Positions 40,867 through 51,080 of a DNA stretch of 64,000 nt are shown here, one piece after another (within the stretch, counting starts at the first letter, position 1; the number at the start of each line of letters is the position of its first letter). A program made the position numbers and the translations under genes. Source of the DNA: Candidatus Krumholzibacteriota bacterium (GTDB lineage: Bacteria > Krumholzibacteriota > Krumholzibacteriia > JAJRXK01). Under the pieces are notes generated by a model. The model made no database searches. It worked only from the letters and a program-made list of their open reading frames with translations, and was not told where the DNA came from. The stretch lies in NCBI GenBank assembly GCA_963727455.1, contig CAVSGG010000017.1:64001-128000 (forward strand). The letters are read 5' to 3'.

Positions 40867-43566
40867 ATGAACAGTCAAGACATCCGCCAGGCCTTCCTCG
40901 AATTCTTCAAGGAACGCGGTCACACCTTCGTCCCGAGCAGTAGCTTGATCCCGGACGACGATCCCACGCTTCTGTTTACCAATGCAGGGATGAATCAATT
41001 CAAGAGTGTGCTCCTGGGCGAGGAAAAACGTGCCTACGTCCGAGCCGCCAACAGCCAGAAGTGCATGCGGGTGAGCGGCAAGCACAACGATCTGGAAGCG
41101 GTGGGCCGGGACGGGCGCCACCATACTTTCTTCGAGATGCTGGGGAATTGGTCCTTCGGCGACTACTACAAGCTGGAGGCGATCCAATGGGCGTGGGAGT
41201 TTCTCACCGAGCGGATGGGTCTCGAGCGCGAGAAGTTGCTGGTGAGCGTGTACAAGGACGACGACGAAAGCTATGAGATATGGCGGAATCGTATTGGTAT
41301 ACCCGAGGACCACATCTACCGCTTGGGTGACATCTCCAAAGGCGACGAAGAAAATTTCTGGAGCATGGGGGACACCGGTCCGTGTGGCCCCTGCACCGAG
41401 ATTCACTTCGATCAGGGAAGCGAAATCGCGGCCGGCGATGATCGTCCCCTGGGAGAAAATTCCAGCGACCGCTACCTGGAAGTCTGGAATCTCGTGTTCA
41501 TTCAGTACGATCGCGACTCGGAGGGCAAACTCTCACCGCTTCCCCTGCAAAGTGTGGACACGGGAATGGGCCTGGAGCGTCTCGCCGCGTTGAAGGCCCA
41601 GGTGAACTCCAACTATGGCACGGACCTCTTCCAGCCGCTGGTTGGTTGGGTGGCCGCAAAGAGCGGTAAGAGCCCTGAGGATCCCGAAGACAAGGTCAGC
41701 ATGCAAGTGATTGCCGACCACGCACGTGCTCTCACCTTCACCGTTGCCGACGGCGGTCGCCCCGGAAATGACGGTCGCGGTTATGTCCTACGGCGCATCC
41801 TGCGCCGCGCCGCGCGTCACGGGAGACGTCTCGGTTTCACCGAGCCCTTTCTCTACGAGGTTGCCGAGCTAGTCATCGACATGATGGGCGGGCACTACCG
41901 CGAACTGATCGATGCTCGCGATCACATTCTGCGCGTGATCCGAACCGAGGAGGAGCGGTTCAACGAGACTCTCGACCGAGGTCTCGTTCTTTTCGACGAA
42001 GCTTCCCAACGCGCTTTGGAACAGTTGGCTCGGAGCAAGAAAAAGGGTTCGCCCAAAGAGAGAGTGCCGGTCATCTGCGGTGAGGATGCCTTCAAGCTGC
42101 ACGATACCTTCGGATTTCCTCTCGACCTCACCGAGCTGATGGCATCCGAGAAGGGAATGCGCGTGGACACCGCGGGCTTCGAAGAGGCTATGGAAGCCCA
42201 GAGGGCCCGCGCTCGCGCGGCCAGCAACTTCAGCGCTGCTCAGCAAAACGAGGCGTGGAATTGGCTGGAGGGAGAACCCGGCGTCGATCGCCCCGCCGCT
42301 CGCTTCGTGGGTTACGAGAAACTCGACAGCAAGTGCAAGCTACTGGGTTACCGGGCGGTAGATGAGAGTCGCTGGGAATTGGTGATCGATCCCTGTCCGT
42401 TCTATGCGGAAAGCGGTGGACAGATCGGCGACCGCGGCTTCCTCGAGAACGAGCAGCTTCAGCTCGAAGTCCTGGATACTCGCAGCTCCAATGCGGGACC
42501 AGTGTGTCTGGTCGAGTCCCACTCTGAGGATCTCGAAAACGTCATTGCGTCTGGCGCCGAGTTCACGGCGAGCGTCGATGCACCGCGCCGGCGCGCGATC
42601 ATGCGCAACCATACCGCGACTCACTTGTTGCATCGCGCGCTACGCGATCGCCTCGGCGCGCACGCGACGCAGGCCGGCTCACTCGTGGCCCCCGATCGTT
42701 TGCGTTTCGACTTTCATCACGATGGAGCACTGGGAAAAGAGGTCCTCGACGCGATCGAGAAGGCGGTAAATTCGCAGATTTTGGCCGACCGATCGGTGAC
42801 CAAACACGTCGATGTCCCCCTGGAGGAAGCGCGGAAGATGGGTGCGGTTGCGATGTTCGGCGAGAAGTACGGCGAAAAGGTGAGGGTGGTCCAGGTCGAC
42901 GACTACAGCATCGAGTTTTGCGGCGGGACACACTGTGACCATACCGGCGAGATCGGTTTGATGCGAATCACCGGGGAGAGTGCGGTAGCGGCGGGGGTGC
43001 GCCGAATCGAGGCGATCACGGGTCCGGCGGCGTTGCGCGCGTTCGAAAGCGATCGGGAGATCGTGAGGAGCCTGGGCGAGAGCCTGTCCAGCCGTCCCGA
43101 CGCGTTGCTCGGCCGCGTGGCAGCGATCCAGGACGAGCTCGAGCAGCTCCGTGACGAAATCTCGCGTGCCCAGGGAGCCAAGGCCAAGGACGCAGCGGAG
43201 AAGCTCCTGGCCAGCGTCACCGAAGTTGCCGGAGTGAAACTCGTTGCGGCGAAAGTAGAGGTCGAAAGCCGCGAAAACCTCATGCAGATGGGGGACACCC
43301 TGCGCGAGAAGCTGAAGGGTGGTGCGGCGGTACTAGCGGCCGAGCTCGATGGAAAGGTGGCTTTTCTCGCCGTGGTCACCGATGATCTCATCTCTTCGCG
43401 GGGCCTGAAGGCGGGAGATCTGGTCAAGCGCGTGGCGAAGATCGCAGGCGGGAATGGGGGCGGACGCCCGCACCTTGCACAGGCGGGAGGGAACGATCCG
43501 GCCATGATCCCCGCAGCGATCGAAGCGGTCCCTGAAATCGTGAAAGAACTCGTCAGCGCCAACTGA
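40867..43566 (+). CDS. alaS: Alanine--tRNA ligase
   Basis: FTNAGMNQFK, FEMLGN, DTGMGLER, NHTATH, FCGGTH; DHHA1 tail. Confidence 0.97.
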   Translation: MNSQDIRQAFLEFFKERGHTFVPSSSLIPDDDPTLLFTNAGMNQFKSVLLGEEKRAYVRAANSQKCMRVSGKHNDLEAVGRDGRHHTFFEMLGNWSFGDYYKLEAIQWAWEFLTERMGLEREKLLVSVYKDDDESYEIWRNRIGIPEDHIYRLGDISKGDEENFWSMGDTGPCGPCTEIHFDQGSEIAAGDDRPLGENSSDRYLEVWNLVFIQYDRDSEGKLSPLPLQSVDTGMGLERLAALKAQVNSNYGTDLFQPLVGWVAAKSGKSPEDPEDKVSMQVIADHARALTFTVADGGRPGNDGRGYVLRRILRRAARHGRRLGFTEPFLYEVAELVIDMMGGHYRELIDARDHILRVIRTEEERFNETLDRGLVLFDEASQRALEQLARSKKKGSPKERVPVICGEDAFKLHDTFGFPLDLTELMASEKGMRVDTAGFEEAMEAQRARARAASNFSAAQQNEAWNWLEGEPGVDRPAARFVGYEKLDSKCKLLGYRAVDESRWELVIDPCPFYAESGGQIGDRGFLENEQLQLEVLDTRSSNAGPVCLVESHSEDLENVIASGAEFTASVDAPRRRAIMRNHTATHLLHRALRDRLGAHATQAGSLVAPDRLRFDFHHDGALGKEVLDAIEKAVNSQILADRSVTKHVDVPLEEARKMGAVAMFGEKYGEKVRVVQVDDYSIEFCGGTHCDHTGEIGLMRITGESAVAAGVRRIEAITGPAALRAFESDREIVRSLGESLSSRPDALLGRVAAIQDELEQLRDEISRAQGAKAKDAAEKLLASVTEVAGVKLVAAKVEVESRENLMQMGDTLREKLKGGAAVLAAELDGKVAFLAVVTDDLISSRGLKAGDLVKRVAKIAGGNGGGRPHLAQAGGNDPAMIPAAIEAVPEIVKELVSAN

Positions 43567-43624
43567 GCTTGCCCCCATCCGCATTTTGGCGCTCGACGAA
43601 GCGAGCGCCCTTCCGGGAGTATCC

Positions 43625-44530
43625 ATGGATCCAATTCTGCAGCTTTCGGGTGTCGAGCGGAGCTTCGGTTCCATTCGGGCCGTGGATGGAGTGGACCTGA
43701 ACGTGCCGAGAGGAGCGATTTACGGCATCCTCGGCCCCAACGGGGCGGGCAAGACCACGACCATCCGGATGATCCTCAACATCTACATTCCCGACGCGGG
43801 GGAAATCCTCTTCGACGGGAAGCGCCTCGACCGCCACGCGATCAACCACATCGGGTATCTGCCGGAGGAGCGCGGTCTCTACAAGCGCATGCGCGTGGAA
43901 GAACACGTGATCTACCTCGCGCGCTTGAAAGGGGTACCCACGGCAGAGGCCAAGCGTCGTGCCAAACTCTGGTTGGAGCGTTTTGGCTTGGAGGATCGAG
44001 CGAGCGCAAAGACGGACGAGCTCTCCAAGGGGATGCAACAGAAGGTACAATTTATCGGTACGGTGATCTCCGAACCGCAGATGGTAGTTTTGGACGAGCC
44101 ATTCAGTGGGCTCGATCCGATCAACGTGAAACTACTGCGTGAGATCATCGAGGAGATTCGCGCCGCTGGCCGGACCGTACTCTTCTCCACGCACGTCATG
44201 GAGCAGGCAGAGCAGATCTGTGACCACATCTTCCTGATCAATGACGGCCGCAAGGTTCTCGACGGCAAGTTGGAGGACATTGTCGAGAACTATCCGGTAG
44301 ACAGTGTTCGTGTCTCCGGTGAGTTCGAGGCACAGACATTCGAGAACATCGCTGCGGTGGATTCCGCCAAGCGCAACGGAAACGAAATGCTGGTGCGCCT
44401 GAAAGAGGGTTTTGTGGCGCAAGATCTCTTGCTCGAATTGGTGAAAAGGGGAAGGGTTGATCGCTTCGTTGCCGCCCGTCCTCCTCTGAGCGAGATCTTC
44501 ATTCGGGAAGTGGAGGGAAGCCGTGAATAA
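43625..44530 (+). CDS. ABC transporter ATP-binding protein (YhaQ/NatA-like)
   Basis: GPNGAGKTT, LSKGMQQ, LDEPFSGLD. Confidence 0.92.
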   Translation: MDPILQLSGVERSFGSIRAVDGVDLNVPRGAIYGILGPNGAGKTTTIRMILNIYIPDAGEILFDGKRLDRHAINHIGYLPEERGLYKRMRVEEHVIYLARLKGVPTAEAKRRAKLWLERFGLEDRASAKTDELSKGMQQKVQFIGTVISEPQMVVLDEPFSGLDPINVKLLREIIEEIRAAGRTVLFSTHVMEQAEQICDHIFLINDGRKVLDGKLEDIVENYPVDSVRVSGEFEAQTFENIAAVDSAKRNGNEMLVRLKEGFVAQDLLLELVKRGRVDRFVAARPPLSEIFIREVEGSRE

Positions 44531-45794
44531 GCTACCCCTGGTCATGATCAGCGAGTACCTCGTGCGCGTGCGTTCCCGCGCCTTCATCATTTCGACTCTG
44601 CTCGGCCCTATCCTCCTGCTGGCGATTTCCTTGGGTCCGGCGCTCCTGGCTTCCCGCACCTCCAACGAAACGCGCAGCGTCATGGTGATCGACGATAGCG
44701 GGGACAGCGGACTCTTCACGAGCTTGCAGGGCGAAATTGGCGACCCCCAGGTGGGCGGAGGAAAAAACATACGGCTTCAGCTCTGGGGCGAGGGAAGTTC
44801 CCTCGACGCGGCGCTCTCGCAGCTTGCTCCCCAAGTCGACAACGGCAGTTACGACGGCGTGCTCTACATCCCGCCTTCGTTTTTGCAGAAGGGCGACGCA
44901 ACTCTCTACGGTTCGAATCCCTCGGGCGTGGTTTGGGCCGACCCCGTGGAGGACGCACTCGGACGAGTCCTCATACAAGAGCATCTGAAGAGCTACGGCA
45001 TCGACAAGAGCGAGCTCAACCGAGTGATGATGGGAGCGAATCTCCATGCCGAGGACATCGCGCGCGACAAGACGGGCAAGAAGGGATCCATGGAGATGAG
45101 GCTCGCGGTGGGTTTCGTGCTGGTCTTTCTGCTGTATATGATGATTCTCGCGTATGGGATCCAATCGATGAACTCTGTCATCGAGGACAAGACCTCGCGC
45201 GTGGTCGAGGTGATGCTTGCCAGCGTTACCCCGACCGTGCTCATGGCGGGAAAGATCGTGGCCAGTGCGCTGGTTGGTCTCACGCAGTTTGCCATCTGGG
45301 GCATCCTGGCTACCGGTCTCATCGGCCAAGGACTCTTTTCTCTGCCCGCGAATTTGGACCTGTCCTTTCTCACTCCAGCGATTTGGTTGGCGTTCGCCGC
45401 GTTCTTCCTCTTGGGCTACCTGCTCTTTGCCTGTCTCTATGCAGCCATCGGAGCGCTCTGTAACAGCACGCAAGATGCGCAACAGTTCCAAATGCCAGTG
45501 ACGATCCTGGTCGTCATCCCCATGCTCTTGCTTCAAGTCGTGATGCAGAACCCCAACGGGAACATCGCCGTCATCTTCTCACTCATTCCCGTCTTCACTC
45601 CCATCATGATGTTCGTGCGCATCGCGCTGGGAAATCCGCCACTTTGGCAGATCATCTTGAGCCTCGTGCTCCTGGCGGCCACGGTCGGCTTCATGGCCAA
45701 GGTGACGGGCAAACTCTTCCGGCTTTCCATTCTGAGCTTCGGCAAGTCCCCGAGCTGGAAGCAGGTGGTGCGGATGCTGCGTTCGCCCGAATGA
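44523..45794 (+). CDS. ABC-2 type permease (YhaP/NatB-like)
   Basis: 1+5 TM layout; EDKTSRVVEVMLAS, MAGK. Confidence 0.9.
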   Translation: MNKLPLVMISEYLVRVRSRAFIISTLLGPILLLAISLGPALLASRTSNETRSVMVIDDSGDSGLFTSLQGEIGDPQVGGGKNIRLQLWGEGSSLDAALSQLAPQVDNGSYDGVLYIPPSFLQKGDATLYGSNPSGVVWADPVEDALGRVLIQEHLKSYGIDKSELNRVMMGANLHAEDIARDKTGKKGSMEMRLAVGFVLVFLLYMMILAYGIQSMNSVIEDKTSRVVEVMLASVTPTVLMAGKIVASALVGLTQFAIWGILATGLIGQGLFSLPANLDLSFLTPAIWLAFAAFFLLGYLLFACLYAAIGALCNSTQDAQQFQMPVTILVVIPMLLLQVVMQNPNGNIAVIFSLIPVFTPIMMFVRIALGNPPLWQIILSLVLLAATVGFMAKVTGKLFRLSILSFGKSPSWKQVVRMLRSPE

Positions 45795-45924
45795 GTCCAG
45801 TCTTTGCGGGGGCGCCGGCTTTGCCTACTATTGTTGCTCTTTGCCAATCTGTGTGGACCGGTCCCTTGAATCGCCGGAACGGCGCAGATGGCGCATCCAA
45901 GAGCTCCAGCTACAGGTTTTTACC

Positions 45925-47631
45925 ATGACTTCCAGCAACTCTCCCGGTGCCGGTTCCCTCTTGCTTTCCTCCGAGGAGGCCTCCTCCTGGCTGGCGAGAA
46001 GCCGTAACTGGCCCTCTCACCGCCTGAGCGAAATCGAACTGTGCGATCTGGGTCTGCTGCTCAACGGCGGGTTTTCCCCACTGACCGGTTTTCTGAACAA
46101 GGCGGACACGGAGTCGGTGCTCGCGGAGATGCGCCTGAAGAACGGGCAACTGTGGCCCATGCCGATCAACCTGGAGCTGGACGAGAAGACGGCTTCCGCG
46201 GCGGAGCAAGCGGGATACCTCGCGCTGCGCGACGTGGAAGGAACGGTTCTCGCGGTGCTCGAAGTGCAGGATGTGTGGCCTCTGGACAGCCGTGCCATGG
46301 CAGAGGGACTCTTCGGTCACCGCGACGAAGCTCATCCCTTCGTCGCCCGGCTCTTGGCCAGCGAGGCCACGCACTTGGCGGGGGGCAAGCTCCACGGATT
46401 GCAAATGCCGCGGCAGTACCTCTATCCGCAGCTGCATCACAGCCCGGCCGAGCTACGCGCACTCTTCGAGCAAAAGGGCTGGAAGAAGATCGTCGCCTTC
46501 CAGACGCGCAACCCGATGCACCGTGCACATTTTGAAATCACGAAACTTGCAGCTGAATCCGCCGGAGCGAAGGTTTTGCTGCATCCCGTGGTGGGTGTGA
46601 CCCGTCCGGGCGACGTTCCCGCCGTCGTGCGCGTGCGCTGCTACGAAGAACTCTTGCCGCACTACGGAGAGGATGGAGCTGTTCTGTCGCTCCTCTCTTT
46701 GGCCATGCGAATGGCGGGGCCGCGGGAAGCGCTGTGGCATTCTCTGATTCGGCGCAACTTCGGTGCGACACATTTCATCATCGGTCGCGACCACGCCGGC
46801 CCCGGCATGAACTCGCAGGGAAAACCCTTCCACGGACCCTACGACGCGCAGGAGCTGGTGGAGAAATACTCCGACGAAATTGGTCTCACCGTCGTTCCTT
46901 TGCGGATGGTGGTCTACGACCCCGAGAAGGACGCCTACGTCACCCAGGACAAGGCGAGCGAATCCTCCAAATCCTACCAGCTCTCGGGAACCGAGCTTCG
47001 CCGTCGCTTGGCAGAGGGTGAGGAGATTCCCGACTGGTTCACCTTTCCCGAAGTGGCGCGGATTCTGCGCCGCGCGTATCCCCCACGGGCTGAGCAGGGC
47101 TTCACCGTCTTCTTCACTGGGCTGTCCGCCTCGGGCAAATCGACGCTGGCCCAGGCACTCATGGCGCGCCTTCAGATCGACACCGGACGTGACGTCACCC
47201 TTTTGGACGGCGATGTCGTGCGCACGAACCTCTCCTCGGAATTGGGATTTTCCAAGGAGCATCGTGATCTCAACATCACGCGCATCGGCTATGTTGCCTC
47301 GGAGATCACGCGTCACGGGGGAATTGCCCTCTGCGCTCCGATCGCTCCCTACGATCGAGCTCGCAAGAACGTGCGCGAGCTGGTCGAAGCTCGCGGCGGC
47401 TTCACGCTGGTGCACGTGAGCACCCCGCTCGACGAGTGCGAGCGGCGCGATCCGAAGGGTCTCTACGCAAAGGCCAGGGCCGGGATCGTGAAGGGCTTTA
47501 CCGGAATCGACGATCCCTACGAGATTCCCGAAGATGCCGAGATCGATATCGACACCACCTCGATCGAACCGGACGAGGCGGCGGAACGCATTCTGGAGCA
47601 CCTGAGGAAGGAAGGCTATCTGAGCCGCTGA
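45925..47631 (+). CDS. sat: Bifunctional sulfate adenylyltransferase / adenylylsulfate kinase (Sat-CysC)
   Basis: FQTRNPMHRAH, GRDHAG; kinase P-loop GLSASGKST, LDGD, RDPKGLY. Confidence 0.93.
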   Translation: MTSSNSPGAGSLLLSSEEASSWLARSRNWPSHRLSEIELCDLGLLLNGGFSPLTGFLNKADTESVLAEMRLKNGQLWPMPINLELDEKTASAAEQAGYLALRDVEGTVLAVLEVQDVWPLDSRAMAEGLFGHRDEAHPFVARLLASEATHLAGGKLHGLQMPRQYLYPQLHHSPAELRALFEQKGWKKIVAFQTRNPMHRAHFEITKLAAESAGAKVLLHPVVGVTRPGDVPAVVRVRCYEELLPHYGEDGAVLSLLSLAMRMAGPREALWHSLIRRNFGATHFIIGRDHAGPGMNSQGKPFHGPYDAQELVEKYSDEIGLTVVPLRMVVYDPEKDAYVTQDKASESSKSYQLSGTELRRRLAEGEEIPDWFTFPEVARILRRAYPPRAEQGFTVFFTGLSASGKSTLAQALMARLQIDTGRDVTLLDGDVVRTNLSSELGFSKEHRDLNITRIGYVASEITRHGGIALCAPIAPYDRARKNVRELVEARGGFTLVHVSTPLDECERRDPKGLYAKARAGIVKGFTGIDDPYEIPEDAEIDIDTTSIEPDEAAERILEHLRKEGYLSR

Positions 47632-47643
47632 GCGGCGCGAATT

Positions 47644-48510
47644 TCAGCTGCGTTCGTCGCTGTTGAGTTCACCGTAGCCCAGCTTGAGCAACCATCCGTC
47701 TCCGCGCCGGCTCTCATAGAACTCACGTAGCTCGGAATCCTCCAAGAATCGGAAGCGGGGGCCGCGCTCCGCCAACGCCGCCGCTTTGGCGATTCCTTCG
47801 GGTCCGGTCTTCAAGCCGAGAAAGTCGACAACGCGAGCTAGAGCGTCCGCCGGTTTTTCCAGAAGGTCCTCATAACACAGCACGAGCTCGGGCAGTTCGA
47901 ATCGCTGGCAATTCCAGTGATGCAGATCGAGGTAGTCCTCCCACAGCGCAAAGGCGCGGGAGAGCTCGAGACAGCGCGGCGATCCGAAACGATTCAGATG
48001 GGGATCCAGCAGGTAGCGTTCGCTCTCCTTACTCGTGAGTTCCTTGCGCGCGCGTCGCCAGAGGCTCGCGGCCACGTCGATTCCATTGCGATGCACGGTG
48101 ATGGCCTTGGCCCGCGGAAAAACCGAAAGCCAAAGGGGCCAGGTCGCGGTCGTGCGCGGGTCCTTCCAGCCCCACAGGAGAGGCTCGTTCGACATGAAGG
48201 CCCGCACACGGCCCGGACCCACGTAGCGCCGCAAGAACGCCAGACTCTTGACTCTGCGCTCGAGTTCTCGAGCGAGGACAGCGATGGTTTCCTCACGTTC
48301 CAGGACATAACGCAGGGGTCTGGGATCGTCCCATGCTCCGTGCGCCCGCTGTAGCAGCCAATCGTTCGCATCGAGGATGAAGATCGATTCGTGGTGCATT
48401 TCGAGATTGCGGCCCAGATGCATCCCCAACTCGGCAAGCATCTTCGCGAGCAGAGTGGTGCCGGAACGGTGCATGCCCAGAAGCAGGACCGGGTCGTCTC
48501 GTTTCAGCAT
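47644..48510 (-). CDS. PAPS-dependent sulfotransferase
   Basis: GMHRSGTT 5'-PSB motif, WGWKDPR, YEDL. Confidence 0.88.
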   Translation of the reverse strand: MLKRDDPVLLLGMHRSGTTLLAKMLAELGMHLGRNLEMHHESIFILDANDWLLQRAHGAWDDPRPLRYVLEREETIAVLARELERRVKSLAFLRRYVGPGRVRAFMSNEPLLWGWKDPRTTATWPLWLSVFPRAKAITVHRNGIDVAASLWRRARKELTSKESERYLLDPHLNRFGSPRCLELSRAFALWEDYLDLHHWNCQRFELPELVLCYEDLLEKPADALARVVDFLGLKTGPEGIAKAAALAERGPRFRFLEDSELREFYESRRGDGWLLKLGYGELNSDERS

Positions 48511-48535
48511 GAATGGATTCTCCTAGGAGGCTGGG

Positions 48536-49087
48536 CTAACGCCTGAAGTAACGTTCGTGAACACTCTCTCCGGTGACGACGTCGCTGCCGTAGAGATCGA
48601 CATACTCGACTTTGGGGAGGGGTTTGGATTCCTCCAGGGTAACGTAAATTCGGTCGATGGCCGCGGAATGGCCATCGATCCGAGTGAGCGCCACCCATCG
48701 GTCTCCCTTTCGCTCTACTCGAACCATGCGGCGGATGTCCGCCACCATGTCCATGAGTACGGTACCGTCATCCAACACCCGCGTCTTGAAACCGTACGCC
48801 AGTTTGCGCTCCAGCAAACTCAACTGTTGCCGTCTGCCGTCCTCGGCCTTGCGAATCCAATAGCTGATGACCGGGTCGTCGCGGTTCAAGTCGCCGTCTT
48901 CGTTCAAAACCACGTCATACTGTACGATGTTGGCATTTTGGGATCGTTCGATGTTGAAAAGATGTTGAGTATGTTGCGGCCAATTCTCGCCCGCAAGAAC
49001 ACTTCGAGGCATCGCCACGCCGACGACGACGCACAAAATGAAAATCGTCGAAAGCCTCGGTGCTTCTTCACGCGCGATCGCTGCCAT
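48536..49087 (-). CDS. DUF4833-like exported protein
   Basis: LFNIERSQNANIVQYD, YWI, ERKLAYG recognised from family pattern. Confidence 0.7.
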   Translation of the reverse strand: MAAIAREEAPRLSTIFILCVVVGVAMPRSVLAGENWPQHTQHLFNIERSQNANIVQYDVVLNEDGDLNRDDPVISYWIRKAEDGRRQQLSLLERKLAYGFKTRVLDDGTVLMDMVADIRRMVRVERKGDRWVALTRIDGHSAAIDRIYVTLEESKPLPKVEYVDLYGSDVVTGESVHERYFRR

Positions 49088-49089
49088 GT

Positions 49090-49566
49090 CTAATCCTCTG
49101 CATCGTCCCCCAGAGAGATTTCGTTGGGCAGTTCGTTCACGTCCTTCCCTTCACCAGCATACGGGAAATAGCTAGCGAGGCGGTTGCCAATCTGCAGAAT
49201 TGCCTCGCTCAGAGCCCCGGCGAACTCCCCTTGGCGAAACTTAAGGACGAGATCGGCCACGATGCCATCCCAGAAGCCCTCTTCGACCTTTTCGTGGATG
49301 CCTCGGTCCCCCAGGACCGCGACGCGCCGGTCCGCGATCGACAGGTAGATGAGAACGCCGTTCCTCAGGGCGGTCTCGGTCATCCCGAGATCCTCGAAGA
49401 TGTCTCGCCCCCGATAGTAGGGGTCGCCGCCCGGGCACTTTTTTTCTATGTGGACCCGAATTTCGCCGCTCGTGAGCCTCTCGGCCGCCTCGATCGCCTC
49501 GACGATGCGGGCGCTCTCGTCGGGCAGCAGGAAATTCGAGGGATTCTTGCCGCGGGAAACGCGCAT
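49090..49566 (-). CDS. TPM domain protein
   Basis: AERLTSGEIRVH, RNGVLIY, GDRGIH. Confidence 0.88.
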   Translation of the reverse strand: MRVSRGKNPSNFLLPDESARIVEAIEAAERLTSGEIRVHIEKKCPGGDPYYRGRDIFEDLGMTETALRNGVLIYLSIADRRVAVLGDRGIHEKVEEGFWDGIVADLVLKFRQGEFAGALSEAILQIGNRLASYFPYAGEGKDVNELPNEISLGDDAED

Positions 49567-49568
49567 CT

Positions 49569-50342
49569 CTACCAGCCTCCGCTCGCGCCGCCGCCGCCAA
49601 AGCCGCCGCCGCCGCCGATGAACCCTCCGCCGCCGAAGCCTCCCCCTCCAAATCCACCTCCGCGACCTCCGCCGCCGAAGAAGATGAAGGGGCCTCCCCG
49701 TCTGCGCCCCCCTCGTCCGATCACACGGAGGAAGATGAAAAGGAGAAGGAACAGAATCGGCAGGGGCAAACCCCGGCTGCTTCGGCCGCGCTGGCGATCG
49801 CCCAGAGTCTTTCCCGAACCCTCGTACTCCCCACGGCTGGCCGCCATGAGAGCGGAGCTTCCGGCCCAGACCGCGGCAACGGCATGACCGGCCTGCAGGC
49901 GCGGACGCATTTCGTTCTGGATGATCGAGAAGGAAATCGCGTCGGTAACCGCACCCTCCAGACCGTAACCGACTTCGATGCGGATCTTACGATCCTCGGA
50001 GTAGATCGCCAGCAGGATCCCGTTGTCGCGCCCCTTTCTTCCCATGCCCCAGGCCTCGGCCACTCGGTGGGTATAGTCCTGGATTTCCTGCCCGTGCAGA
50101 GAGCGAAAGATCGCCACGACCAGCTGATTGCTCGTGCTGCGCTCGAAGGCCTGGAGCGAATCCGCCAGCGAGCGTTCCTGCGCGGGGCTCAGCCAATCCG
50201 CTTCATCGTAGACATAGTGCGCCGGAGGAGGAGGGATCTCGGAGGAATCGGCGTGCGCCCGCCCCGAAATAAGAAGCAGAATCGTGCCCACGATGAACAA
50301 CCGTGTCGCGCAATGGAGTCTCTGCGATTCCGACAGCCTCAT
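49569..50342 (-). CDS. TPM domain membrane protein (YgcG-like) with Gly-rich tail
   Basis: DNGILL, IEVGYGLEG, GGFGGGGASGGW. Confidence 0.9.
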   Translation of the reverse strand: MRLSESQRLHCATRLFIVGTILLLISGRAHADSSEIPPPPAHYVYDEADWLSPAQERSLADSLQAFERSTSNQLVVAIFRSLHGQEIQDYTHRVAEAWGMGRKGRDNGILLAIYSEDRKIRIEVGYGLEGAVTDAISFSIIQNEMRPRLQAGHAVAAVWAGSSALMAASRGEYEGSGKTLGDRQRGRSSRGLPLPILFLLLFIFLRVIGRGGRRRGGPFIFFGGGGRGGGFGGGGFGGGGFIGGGGGFGGGGASGGW

Positions 50343-50343
50343 C

Positions 50344-50937
50344 TCAGAACTTGACCTTTGGAGCTTCCTCGGCGCCCGGTTCGGACTGGAAGTACTGCTT
50401 CTTCCTGAGACCGGTCATGTTCGCGATGATGCTGGCGGGGAAACGTCTGATCTTCGTGTTGAAGGCCTGCGCCGCTTCGTTGTAGTGCTTGCGCTCGACT
50501 GCGATGCGATTCTCTGTGCCTTCGAGCTGGCTCTGCAGGGTGAGATAATTCTGATTGGCCTTCAGGTCGGGATAGCGTTCGACCGTGACCAAGAGCCGCG
50601 ATAGCGCCCCACTCAACGCCCCCTGCGCCTGTTGAAACTTCTGGAAAGCCTGGGGATCGTTCACGACGTCACTGCTCAGGCTCGCCTGAATCTGCGTTGC
50701 CTTCGCCCTGGCCTCGATTACGTCGGTGAGCGTCTCCTTCTCGAAGTTGGCAGCTCCCTTGACCGTTTCCACCAGATTGGGAATGAGATCCGCGCGTCTC
50801 TGGTAGACATTCTCGACCTGCGACCAGGAGCTTTCTACACCCTCCTCCAGACTGACCATGGAGTTGTAGGACGAGCAGGAAGAGAACCCTATCAGCACCA
50901 CGATGAGCAGAAAGACGAGAGGAAGCGTTTTTTTCAT
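50344..50937 (-). CDS. lemA: LemA family protein
   Basis: QRRADLIPNLV, ERYPDLKAN, EGTENRI. Confidence 0.93.
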   Translation of the reverse strand: MKKTLPLVFLLIVVLIGFSSCSSYNSMVSLEEGVESSWSQVENVYQRRADLIPNLVETVKGAANFEKETLTDVIEARAKATQIQASLSSDVVNDPQAFQKFQQAQGALSGALSRLLVTVERYPDLKANQNYLTLQSQLEGTENRIAVERKHYNEAAQAFNTKIRRFPASIIANMTGLRKKQYFQSEPGAEEAPKVKF

Positions 50938-51080
50938 GATGAACTTCTCCGGAAAAAATGGGGGCGTGAGTTCACAGGATTACGGTTCGTTCCTCATAAG
51001 GGATAAGCCTAACTCGCAACTGCCGCACGATACGGCGTTCCCGCGCACTCTACGCTTCGCACCCATGATATACTTGCTCA

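Noticed and set aside
45840-45915. Possible hairpins in the sat-cysC leader (SAM riboswitch?)
   Set aside because: No SAM-I/II consensus; pairing is weak for this GC content
49569-49680. GCC/CCG-rich tandem-like repeat
   Set aside because: Encodes the normal Gly-rich tail of TPM/YgcG proteins
49090-50937. LemA-TPM-TPM cluster as a novel system
   Set aside because: Widespread, well-known gene trio
51012-51042. GGAAC-N16-GTT ECF-like promoter upstream of lemA (minus strand)
   Set aside because: Short motif, single instance, no cognate sigma factor in the window
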